A stretch of DNA of 32,161 bases from positions 1 to 32,161 of the IMG/VR virus record IMGVR_UViG_3300047551_001193; one strand, 5' to 3'. This document shows, piece by piece, positions 16,854 to 25,444 of the stretch. Origin of the DNA: a virus. Its lineage: Duplodnaviria; Caudoviricetes. The notes under the pieces are model-generated. The model had not been told where the DNA came from and ran no database searches. It worked only from the letters and a program-made list of their open reading frames with translations. Within the stretch, counting starts at the first letter, position 1, and every line of letters starts with the position of its first letter. The position numbers and the translations under genes are program-made.

Positions 16854-17380
16854 TATGAATCACCGCCTTTAGCTTTCCGCCTTGCTTCCTCGCTGATACG
16901 TTCAATTTGATTGACCAGCGCTTGCGCTTCTCTGCGTAAAGCAACTCGACCGTTCGCCGCCGCTTTATCCATATAGCCTTGCCCTGTACCTTTTGGTAAC
17001 TGGCTCCGGCTGTTTACACCACCGCCGCCCTCGCGGTTAATCTTCTTGGCATATTCAACGTTTGTGCCAACAATAACCTCTAATTCCTTTAGCGGCTCTC
17101 GCAATGTTCCGTTATACGTTTCACCTTCTGAAGTATAGGCATAAGTCAATTGCGATTCCGGCAAAGGCAACGCTTTGGCATCGCCCTTGCTTCTGAATTT
17201 TGTATGAATTGATGCCCGAAGTCTTCCAGTATCGACAGGAACCTCTTTTTTTGCAAAAGTTTCTACATCTACAAATGCCACTTCAAGGATCATCGCTTTT
17301 ACCTTATCTTCCATTAAGTCGGATAAAATGTGAAGTTGATCGCGTAATTTTTTATCGCCTTTAAGGTCAACGCTAATCAT
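16853..17380 (-). CDS. HK97 gp10-like tail completion protein
   Basis: AKKEVPVDTGRLRASI; VGTNVEYA. Confidence 0.85.
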   Translation of the reverse strand: MISVDLKGDKKLRDQLHILSDLMEDKVKAMILEVAFVDVETFAKKEVPVDTGRLRASIHTKFRSKGDAKALPLPESQLTYAYTSEGETYNGTLREPLKELEVIVGTNVEYAKKINREGGGGVNSRSQLPKGTGQGYMDKAAANGRVALRREAQALVNQIERISEEARRKAKGGDS

Positions 17381-17691
17381 GCGACTTCACCCCTTGCGAT
17401 AACCTCCATCATTCGCCCTGCGCTTGTCGGATCGCTAACGCTTTCGATTGTCAGCACTAAGCCATTAAACAAGAACCGATTTTTATTTGTGAATGCTTCG
17501 GAACGCATGATGATCCGGTAGGTGTTTGCTTGTTGATCTTTCCCATAACTAAATTCTTCTGTAGCGCGTTGAATCTGTACATTCGCCCAACGTGTAGCGG
17601 TTGTTGTCCACGTTTCTTCGAAGCATCCACCACCTGCGGAAGTTGTTGTCAGTGTTTGAATTTGTATTCGTTGTCGAAGGTGTGTGAGCAT
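17377..17691 (-). CDS. Head closure/head-tail adaptor (SPP1 gp16-like)
   Basis: LRQRIQIQ...GG...TW...WANV...YRIIMR. Confidence 0.85.
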   Translation of the reverse strand: MLTHLRQRIQIQTLTTTSAGGGCFEETWTTTATRWANVQIQRATEEFSYGKDQQANTYRIIMRSEAFTNKNRFLFNGLVLTIESVSDPTSAGRMMEVIARGEVA

Positions 17692-18354
17692 TTAGAACAC
17701 CGCCCTCGATACCATGTAAGGTGCTAGCAAACTTTTTAATTCAGCATTGCCTACGATAGTATTATAAGAAATTGAAAATCCACCTTCGCCAATCGTTGTG
17801 GCGAATTCTTCGCGATTCTCATACAAATATGCAACCAAACGTAATGCGGCTTGTCTAATTGAAGGTGTCGCCGCTTCTGCTGTTGCTTCGGTATCATCAA
17901 CGATTCCGGCATTAAATACAATGACATATCCGTCACCGTTTCTACCTTGCTTCCAGTATCCATCACGATGGATCAATTTGTTACCAATAATTCGATAATC
18001 ACTAGCAGACAAAATTTCCCCAGTAGAATCAAAGGATTCGTAGTAGGTTATGCTTGTGATTGAATTGACTGGTTGGCGCAATAGTTCGATCTGTTCTATA
18101 CCGCCTGTTTGCTTTTGAGTAACCGATCTTTTAACAATCAGCACGCCACCCAATTCGTTTTCAATCTGCTTTCGAACCGATTTAATGATTAAATTTATCA
18201 AATCATCATCGGTGTTAACGTCTACTTTTAAGTAATTTTTCGTTAATGTTAAATCCAAAATTTCATTTGTCGGTTCTGTTGCGTTAATCGTGATTGATTG
18301 ATCCGGCGTTTTGCTTCTGTAGATTTGATCCGATTCCCACCGCCAAAACGTCAT
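17692..18354 (-). CDS. Head-tail connector (gp6/gp15-like)
   Basis: KNYLKVD..DDDLI...LRLVAYLYENRE...LLAPY. Confidence 0.9.
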   Translation of the reverse strand: MTFWRWESDQIYRSKTPDQSITINATEPTNEILDLTLTKNYLKVDVNTDDDLINLIIKSVRKQIENELGGVLIVKRSVTQKQTGGIEQIELLRQPVNSITSITYYESFDSTGEILSASDYRIIGNKLIHRDGYWKQGRNGDGYVIVFNAGIVDDTEATAEAATPSIRQAALRLVAYLYENREEFATTIGEGGFSISYNTIVGNAELKSLLAPYMVSRAVF

Positions 18355-18365
18355 AAACTCACCTC

Positions 18366-18911
18366 CTAGATTGGCGTTTCATCTTCCTCATAAAACCGTA
18401 ACTTAAATACTCCAGTTGTATCACCATCCGAAACAATGCGAATGATCTTGATTAGATAGTCTGTGTTCGGTAGCAAAATGATTTCCCATGAACCAAATGC
18501 AGATGATTCACCAGCAGATGAATTACCAATCCCAGTCGATCCTGACAAATAATATACTTTACGTTTTGTTCCGTCTGAATTCACCGTACTATTATTGTAA
18601 ATTCGCATGGATGATACGTTGTTGCTGTCTTCATCAGAATTGAAAATGGTTTCTTGTGTCGGGCTTCCGTTTAACGCAACCGTCGGATTCGTGTACAAAT
18701 TTAGTTTCACTTCGGGCTTATTTGTCGTTATGACAATATCTTTCAAGTGAATTTCGTCCGCACCTGTGCGAATATGATAATACTTCGGAATCGTTGTTGA
18801 TAGTGTAAACTCAATATCGCAGTCGAATCCATAACCCTCGTGAATTCTAGCATGCTCGTATTCAATCGTTTTTCGTGCAAATGATCTCGATTCAATACTA
18901 TTTCTTGTCAT
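18366..18911 (-). CDS. Hypothetical beta-rich protein, probably virion-associated
   Basis: Lies in the head operon between the GTs and the connector. Confidence 0.6.
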   Translation of the reverse strand: MTRNSIESRSFARKTIEYEHARIHEGYGFDCDIEFTLSTTIPKYYHIRTGADEIHLKDIVITTNKPEVKLNLYTNPTVALNGSPTQETIFNSDEDSNNVSSMRIYNNSTVNSDGTKRKVYYLSGSTGIGNSSAGESSAFGSWEIILLPNTDYLIKIIRIVSDGDTTGVFKLRFYEEDETPI

Positions 18912-18921
18912 GATCTTTCGC

Positions 18922-19665
18922 CTACTTTCTCAAATGTGATTGCTTCGCTTTGTTATTGCTAGGTGCTACTGGCTTTTGCCTATATAAGTGTTCCGGTGGG
19001 CACGTTGTATCTAGCCATATTTTATAACCATGAACCGCCGCCCGAATACAAAAAGCCCGATCCTCCCATAAGCTATGGGATACATTATATATCGGAGAAT
19101 AATTTACACCTGCACGAATGACTTCAGACTTAATCAATATACACGCCCCTGACATTCCCACTTGATGCAATCCAGCATTTCGAAATTGCTCATACTGCCG
19201 ATCATACGCGAACGAATAAAAATCATACATCCACGCGTTCGGCTGTTCATCTGCTTCCGGTGTCCATTGTGTCCAAAAGACTTCTGCAACGATTTCCTGT
19301 TTATGACTCAATAATTTTTGTAACGTCTGCGGCTGTAAAATTAAATCCGAATCGACTAAGAAAAAATAATCGTACTTTTTTTCTAAGGTATAACGTAATA
19401 AAGCGTTTTTCATCTTGGTAACATCTTTTAAGTTTTCGCCAGTCCAGTGGTGCGTTTCATTATCTCGAACATATTCATTATCACTCTGAAACTCGACATA
19501 TTCAGATGGTTTTAAGAATCGTTTTAATCTCGGCGAATTATGCAATATAAAGAAAAAATCAACCTGACACCCTTTGGTATCCAGTTGATTCAACGCCTTG
19601 AGATATTTATAAAATGTGAGGTGATCTTGTCTGACAGGTGCGCCTATGAGAATACGCTTCTTCAT
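18922..19665 (-). CDS. Glycosyltransferase, GT-A fold (GT2-like)
   Basis: YDYFFLVDSD (DxD), GACILI, WEDRAFCIRA. Confidence 0.85.
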   Translation of the reverse strand: MKKRILIGAPVRQDHLTFYKYLKALNQLDTKGCQVDFFFILHNSPRLKRFLKPSEYVEFQSDNEYVRDNETHHWTGENLKDVTKMKNALLRYTLEKKYDYFFLVDSDLILQPQTLQKLLSHKQEIVAEVFWTQWTPEADEQPNAWMYDFYSFAYDRQYEQFRNAGLHQVGMSGACILIKSEVIRAGVNYSPIYNVSHSLWEDRAFCIRAAVHGYKIWLDTTCPPEHLYRQKPVAPSNNKAKQSHLRK

Positions 19666-20348
19666 AGTCCGTCACCCTTGTCCTCTACATATAGCGTTCC
19701 TAATTCATGTTTGTGCTTATTGTAATACTCCCTAAAATCTTCTTCAAAAATCGGCACTTGTGCCAAATGCCCAAACTGTAAAGTGGTATCGACATACATT
19801 TCGATTCCGGCTTGCTTTAATTTATAGCAAAAGGATAAATCCTCGCCCCATCCATCGCGTGGAAAAAAGTATGGCTTTGAAACCTTTTCGAATACTTCGC
19901 GCCGGATCAAGCAACAAGCCATTCCAGCGCCATCAATCCTAAGCAATCCTTCGCCATATTCTACCGGACTTTCAAGATAGCATTTCCCATCCGGCTGTTC
20001 TTCGATTTTGCTATAAAAGCATGGCTGATATGGTTGAACGCGCTTGAACGCTTTAGCAGTTACAAACGGAAGTTTGTGGCGTTCTAAATAATAAATTGAA
20101 AGCGGATGAAATACCATATCCGAATCAATAAACATTAACGCCTCGCACTCTGATTTTAGAAACTGTTCTACAATTGATTCACGCGCATCGTGCACTAGCG
20201 AATTTTGTGTCATACAAAAACTATATTCATGGTGTCCGCGCTGATTCGCCATTTTGACGAACGATTCAAAAACGCGAAATTCAATCGGGCGCGACATTGG
20301 AATACCAATCATAATTTTCATTGGCATTTGCTTTGCTTCATCTGTCAT
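19662..20348 (-). CDS. Glycosyltransferase, GT-A fold (GT2-like)
   Basis: LMFIDSDM (DxD), GMACCLIRREVF, GEDLSFC, VDT...GH. Confidence 0.85.
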   Translation of the reverse strand: MTDEAKQMPMKIMIGIPMSRPIEFRVFESFVKMANQRGHHEYSFCMTQNSLVHDARESIVEQFLKSECEALMFIDSDMVFHPLSIYYLERHKLPFVTAKAFKRVQPYQPCFYSKIEEQPDGKCYLESPVEYGEGLLRIDGAGMACCLIRREVFEKVSKPYFFPRDGWGEDLSFCYKLKQAGIEMYVDTTLQFGHLAQVPIFEEDFREYYNKHKHELGTLYVEDKGDGL

Positions 20349-20352
20349 TATT

Positions 20353-20454
20353 CACACGCTCCTGTAATTGTGTGTACCTGTAAAAAATAGAGGGAAAGGC
20401 GTACAGGCTCGCCCTTGTCGTCCGTCGACTATCCCTCTATCGCGCGAATCGCGC
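20353..20454 (-). ncRNA. Structured cis-regulatory RNA (three-way junction with U-tract and possible pseudoknot)
   Basis: ATAGAGGGA/TCCCTCTAT stem enclosing GTCG/CGAC and AGGGCG/CGCCTT hairpins; loop CCTGTA is complementary to two downstream TACAGG. Confidence 0.6.
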
Positions 20455-20461
20455 CTAATTA

Positions 20462-20854
20462 TTATCCTTGGTAGCGGTCGTTGCCTTGTACGTTGATCGC
20501 GCTAATGCTAGAAGCTGTGTCTACTTTGGTTACATATACTCCAAGGTAGCGCTTGCCTTCTGTGATGTCAGTGTTCAGCACATCCACAGTCGTAACATTT
20601 GTAGAAGCTGTTGCAACGGATACCGTTGTTGTGGACAACAAGGTAGCAACTGCGCCCGCCCATGTTGCGGCAGTGGACTCGTACACCTTCACAACAAGCG
20701 TGCTCGCTGTTGTAGCTGTACCATGAGATACAACCGCCGCGAATCGCCCGAATTGACTCATATCAACAAGAGTAGAGGAAGAGATTGCCGCGCTAACTTG
20801 CGGATAAATCGCCTCGCTGATTGTTACTTGCTCGCTAATTTTTGCGTTTGGCAT
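20462..20854 (-). CDS. Putative capsid decoration protein, Ser/Thr-rich
   Basis: Directly after the MCP; strong SD; about 36 of 130 residues are S/T by manual count. Confidence 0.7.
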   Translation of the reverse strand: MPNAKISEQVTISEAIYPQVSAAISSSTLVDMSQFGRFAAVVSHGTATTASTLVVKVYESTAATWAGAVATLLSTTTVSVATASTNVTTVDVLNTDITEGKRYLGVYVTKVDTASSISAINVQGNDRYQG

Positions 20855-20872
20855 TTTGTTTACCCTCCCTTA

Positions 20873-22258
20873 TTAAGTAAGTGTTACGAATGGCGACAAT
20901 GTAGAACCGCCTGCGCGTGGTGTGATTGCTGAATCAATCCAAGGCTGACCTGCTACGCGGCTAACGAATCTCCAAGACTTCTCATCCGTTTGGAATTTAA
21001 CATGGATGGACTCATCAACAGTCAATTGTTGTCGATCACCAATGAGGTAGTAGCTCATATCTGCTAACAAGATATCGCCGGATGTGCCCAATGCTGGCAA
21101 CTTCTCGGTAACGATAACCGGAATACCATATATGCTAGTCGGCAAAGCACCTGCAATTGACGAATTCGAAGCTGGCAACAAAATATAATTGCTGTTTTCG
21201 TCTTTTAATTTATAGATTTCAGGCAATACAGATTGATTAATAACCCATACTTTATTGGCAAGCGAGCCATAAGAGCGCGCTAACATTGCAACTAAATCCA
21301 CAGTTCCGACTTTCGATGCAGTTGTGCGAGTTACTGCGATTTTTGCAGGTGCGTTAAGGATACCAAGCGGTTTACCTACACCGTTACCAGTCAAAAATGC
21401 TACATCTTCCTCAAATGCAATTGTCTGCGCGAAAAGGTCTTGAAGCAATCCGCCCATGGATACAATTGCATCATTGTTTAATTCATCGGAGGATTCTACA
21501 TAACCGATCAGCTTATTTGCTTCCAAAGTCACTTGCTTGAATTTCGGTGCGCTTGCTGTTTTTGTTTCTGCTTCGCCTGTCCAATAAGCCGCAACGCCAC
21601 CAAAGATGGAGCCTGCCGCATTACTTGCAACGTTAAGCGCTGGCATTTTCAAAATATTGCTGTTCATGTTCAAAACGCGCGCGCCGCTTCCGCGGACAAC
21701 CGAACGCTCTAAACGTACTTGCGCAACCTCATTCATAAACTGCTCAGGAACCAAGAAACCGCCATCCACGCCAGTGGATTCGCCCAACGCTTTACGCGTC
21801 ATTTCGCGTAATCCTGCATCACCCTTGCGCGCTTTAACCAAGAATTCCCCAAATGTTTCTTTGCGCTCCGGTGCTGTAAACGCGGATTTTTTGGATTGCT
21901 CGGAAAGTTCAGCTTTTGTTTTCTCTAATTCCGTTTGGAATTTGGAGAAAAGCGCGTCTGCGTCTGCATTATCCTTTGCTTGATTGTTAAGGCGCTCCAT
22001 CAAACGGTCTTCTAACGATTTCAATTCCATTTTACTTGCACCATTGGAAAGCGCTTCGCCAATTGCTTGTTGAATTTCTTTGATTGCATCCATCGTTGTC
22101 ACTCCTTCAAGTTTTGTTTTTTGATCTTGCCATGATCCGATACAAATTGCGTATCGTTGGTCATTCTCTGCATAATCCGCCATCATTGTCGGATCGCTCA
22201 TGCACGAACCAATAAATTCTTGTTCGTTTTGTCCTGCTTTTGGTTTAGGAATTGGCAT
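20873..22258 (-). CDS. Major capsid protein, HK97 fold (main start probably 22093)
   Basis: GGFLVPE, AYWTGEA, KLIGYV..SDEL..D, GNGVGKPLGIL; coiled-coil delta domain. Confidence 0.95.
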   Translation of the reverse strand: MPIPKPKAGQNEQEFIGSCMSDPTMMADYAENDQRYAICIGSWQDQKTKLEGVTTMDAIKEIQQAIGEALSNGASKMELKSLEDRLMERLNNQAKDNADADALFSKFQTELEKTKAELSEQSKKSAFTAPERKETFGEFLVKARKGDAGLREMTRKALGESTGVDGGFLVPEQFMNEVAQVRLERSVVRGSGARVLNMNSNILKMPALNVASNAAGSIFGGVAAYWTGEAETKTASAPKFKQVTLEANKLIGYVESSDELNNDAIVSMGGLLQDLFAQTIAFEEDVAFLTGNGVGKPLGILNAPAKIAVTRTTASKVGTVDLVAMLARSYGSLANKVWVINQSVLPEIYKLKDENSNYILLPASNSSIAGALPTSIYGIPVIVTEKLPALGTSGDILLADMSYYLIGDRQQLTVDESIHVKFQTDEKSWRFVSRVAGQPWIDSAITPRAGGSTLSPFVTLT

Positions 22259-22871
22259 TTTTGAACCCTCTAATCATTTGCAGGATTGCTTGTACTTCTT
22301 GTTGTTCATCATCGCTTTTTTGAGTGGATGCCTCCGGCTCAAGTTGTGCGATTAATTCATTAAGTTTTTGGATCGCGTTTTTGATTTCGTTGATATCGGC
22401 GCTTTTGACTTCATACAGAAGTTCACTAAGTGACTTTGCAGAAGTAATCCGCGCCTTCTCGTTTGCCGCAAAAGTTACAGGCGAAAACTCCCATAGTCGC
22501 AACTCTTTCAGCATACGATTTTTTGATTTGTACTCGTCTTTGATTATATCATATCCAATCGACATTTCATCGATGACACCATCGCGCATTAACTCCATAG
22601 CCTTGCGCCCTGTGTCGGTCATACTTATTTTAGCTTTAATATATAAACCTTTTGAATCTTGTTCCATCGCAATCGGCTTTCCAATCGGCTCACTTGTGTC
22701 ATGTTGCCATAACACCTTAACGCGACCGCTATTCTCTTTCAGCGTTTTTGTGAACGCGCCCTGCTCAATAATATCACCATAGCTGTCCACGTTTCCAAAG
22801 TAAGCCGCGTAACCTTCTATTGTGTTATCGCCAGCCGCTTTTAACTCAAATCTACTCGCTTTATATTGCAT
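22245..22871 (-). CDS. HK97-family prohead protease
   Basis: IEGYAAYFGNVDSYGDII..GAF, LWQHD, MSIGY, EFSPVTFAAN. Confidence 0.95.
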   Translation of the reverse strand: MQYKASRFELKAAGDNTIEGYAAYFGNVDSYGDIIEQGAFTKTLKENSGRVKVLWQHDTSEPIGKPIAMEQDSKGLYIKAKISMTDTGRKAMELMRDGVIDEMSIGYDIIKDEYKSKNRMLKELRLWEFSPVTFAANEKARITSAKSLSELLYEVKSADINEIKNAIQKLNELIAQLEPEASTQKSDDEQQEVQAILQMIRGFKNANS

Positions 22872-22874
22872 GAT

Positions 22875-25394
22875 TTACACCTCCGTTTCTCTTTCTCTCA
22901 CATAACCGACTGCACAACGACAATTAATTCTTTCGCGTGCAGAAAGTTCCCAATCCGCCGGATACTCACCAAGTGATTGACCAACGCGAAATTTTGCTGT
23001 TAATGCTATTGCTGGATGGCTAGACATTTCCGCGTGCGTATCTCGTGTGTCGCCATCTTGTGTTGGAATCCATATTTTCAGTAACCTTGCGCCAAATTCC
23101 GATTCCGCTTGCTGTGCCCCTGATAGGCTTCCCTTGTTCGCGGCGGTCATCGTTTCTGTTCTTGCAATCGTTTCCGACCGATTCGGGATGATCTGATCTA
23201 AATACAATTGCCCGATTGCATAGGCAATCGTATCCGGTGTTTCTTCGTCACCAATTGCCCATCCTGCATTAATGCCCATCATAATAATATTTTTAATTTC
23301 GGCACGCGTGGTGTCGTCAATCAGCACAACCGCATTTCCAACGTTAACTGTAATCCAATATAGCAAATCATCTGTATAAGCTTCGAACGCTTTGTTATGC
23401 ATCTTCTCGCGGCGTAAATCGTTGTACTGCTGTTTGCCGAAATGGTCAATCACCGCACGATTCATAGCAATTAAAATGTTACGCAAATCCTTGCTTGTTG
23501 CAGTTATGACTTGATCCGTCAGGCGCTCGGCTTGAAATGGCGATGCACCTTTTAATTTATTCATCAGGTCATCTTTCTGTTCGCCAAAATAGCGCTTGAT
23601 TTCTCGTTGTGTTTTTTGGATATATCGCTCGCGCTCTGCATCAATACGCTTCCAGTATGATTTCATTTCATCCGGCGACATATCGACCGATTTCTTTTGC
23701 TTGTCCTTTGCTTCTTGAATCACAGCTTTCATGTGATCCAATCCGCGACTTCCGACCATGTGCCATTTGACCTGCGCAATAACGCCAGCCAACCTATGAT
23801 CCCGATAATGACGCGCCGACCACGCTTCGCGCATCCGAATTATCTCAATATCGTTCGGTGTCAATTCGTCAGCACTTTTTCCTTCGTCACGAACTCGGCG
23901 AATGACTCGGTAGGTGTCGTTTCCTTGAATGTTGCCGCCTTTTGCCCAAATATCAGGAAAATTATTTCGCAAATCTTCGGCATAATCCAAAGGGAACAAT
24001 TCAAACTGACTATTAGCAAGCGAAATGGTTTTATCTTCTCCGGCTACCGGAAAGTTTGTAGGTACTTTTTTTTTTGCAATTTCAATCTGAATTTCGGTTG
24101 CTTCTTCTTCCTCGTCACCATCTTCGAGTTCGATTTCTTCCGGCTCTTCCATTTCCTCCGGTTCCATTTCTTCCGGCTGTTGAATTGGCGCTGGCTGTTC
24201 GACTTCTTGAATCGGCGCTGTAGCTGTTCCGATTGCTAATTCATTAAAATAAAGATTACCCGAAACTGGATCGTCCTCATAATCCAATGCGTAGCGCCCT
24301 TCGTTACGCTTAATCAATCCAGCTTTCCATAGTTCGCGGATTCGAGTAGCTTTCTTGTCCTCGTTTTCTTTCAGCGCTCCTACACCAGTCAAATCATATT
24401 TCAAAACGAGAGAATCCGAATAACGCGGCAACAAGTCAGACTGCAACTTATCCAAGATATGATCCAAATAGCGACTAATAACGGTATTTTCCCAAAAGGC
24501 TTTTTGCGCTTCTCCGTAATTTGAATAGGTCTGTCCTTCGGGATCGCCGACAATTTGCGACGGAACACCAAACGCGGAACAAATCTCGGTACGGTTTACT
24601 TTGCGCTGATTTAAGAAGTCCATATCCATAGCGCTCAATCCAATTTGCTGATACGTCGCCTTGTCAGCATTTAGGATCAACGGAATACGCGCGTTTGATC
24701 CGCCAGCATAACGCTTGCGCCATTCTTCGCGTAACGTTTCTTGTAACTCCGGCGATGGATTCTGAATCTGAAAGACACCTGGCGGAACACCTGCATTTTG
24801 TAGCGTTGACTTATTCCAATCTACCGCTTCGTTTTCCGTATCAATTGTCCGGCTTAATGCTCGAATCGGACTTTGCCCTTGATAAACGTCTAACGGATCA
24901 TTGAATTTAGACCATAAAATTTCTTCCGGCGTGTACAAAATTGGCGTATCTAGCCGATATTCATAACCGCCAATAAATTCCGTTCTATGCGGAATTGGGT
25001 ACATATAGTGCGGATATAACGGATACATTGCCATTGGTGCGTTCGGATTGCTATATTCGGCATAGAATTTTCCTTCAATCGCCAAATAAGTCGCCCAATA
25101 ATCAATAAAGTCTTTTCCACTCATGTGCGGATTTGCTTTACTGTTCAACATGGTTAGAATGGGATGGTCTGTAATCTCGATTAGCCGACCTCCACGCCCT
25201 TTTCGATAAAGCAACCAAGGTACGCTTGACACTGCGCCCGAAATCGCGCTTACACAAGCATACACCCAAACAACGCGGTTATATCCCTCGGTGATAAATT
25301 GTTTATCTTTTTGCGTGTTCCAAACTGGCTTGTCGAAATTACCTTGCATCACATACCGCCATTTGTCTTTCTTAAGAAAGTCAAAAATGCCCAC
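22875..25394 (-). CDS. Portal protein fused to an unknown domain and a MuF (minor head) domain
   Basis: HK97 portal motifs (VYACVSAI, GQSPI, EICSAFGVP, NEGR); C-terminal RSETIARTE...TRDTH...INCRC. Confidence 0.9.
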   Translation of the reverse strand: MGIFDFLKKDKWRYVMQGNFDKPVWNTQKDKQFITEGYNRVVWVYACVSAISGAVSSVPWLLYRKGRGGRLIEITDHPILTMLNSKANPHMSGKDFIDYWATYLAIEGKFYAEYSNPNAPMAMYPLYPHYMYPIPHRTEFIGGYEYRLDTPILYTPEEILWSKFNDPLDVYQGQSPIRALSRTIDTENEAVDWNKSTLQNAGVPPGVFQIQNPSPELQETLREEWRKRYAGGSNARIPLILNADKATYQQIGLSAMDMDFLNQRKVNRTEICSAFGVPSQIVGDPEGQTYSNYGEAQKAFWENTVISRYLDHILDKLQSDLLPRYSDSLVLKYDLTGVGALKENEDKKATRIRELWKAGLIKRNEGRYALDYEDDPVSGNLYFNELAIGTATAPIQEVEQPAPIQQPEEMEPEEMEEPEEIELEDGDEEEEATEIQIEIAKKKVPTNFPVAGEDKTISLANSQFELFPLDYAEDLRNNFPDIWAKGGNIQGNDTYRVIRRVRDEGKSADELTPNDIEIIRMREAWSARHYRDHRLAGVIAQVKWHMVGSRGLDHMKAVIQEAKDKQKKSVDMSPDEMKSYWKRIDAERERYIQKTQREIKRYFGEQKDDLMNKLKGASPFQAERLTDQVITATSKDLRNILIAMNRAVIDHFGKQQYNDLRREKMHNKAFEAYTDDLLYWITVNVGNAVVLIDDTTRAEIKNIIMMGINAGWAIGDEETPDTIAYAIGQLYLDQIIPNRSETIARTETMTAANKGSLSGAQQAESEFGARLLKIWIPTQDGDTRDTHAEMSSHPAIALTAKFRVGQSLGEYPADWELSARERINCRCAVGYVRERETEV

Positions 25395-25444
25395 TCGCTC
25401 ACCTCCGTTTCTTATTTTTTAACTCTTATTATTATACAGCAAAT

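Noticed and set aside
20353-20454. Structured RNA as a tRNA or hammerhead ribozyme
   Set aside because: No TTCRA T-loop in a cloverleaf context, no CCA end, no CUGANGA/GAAA core
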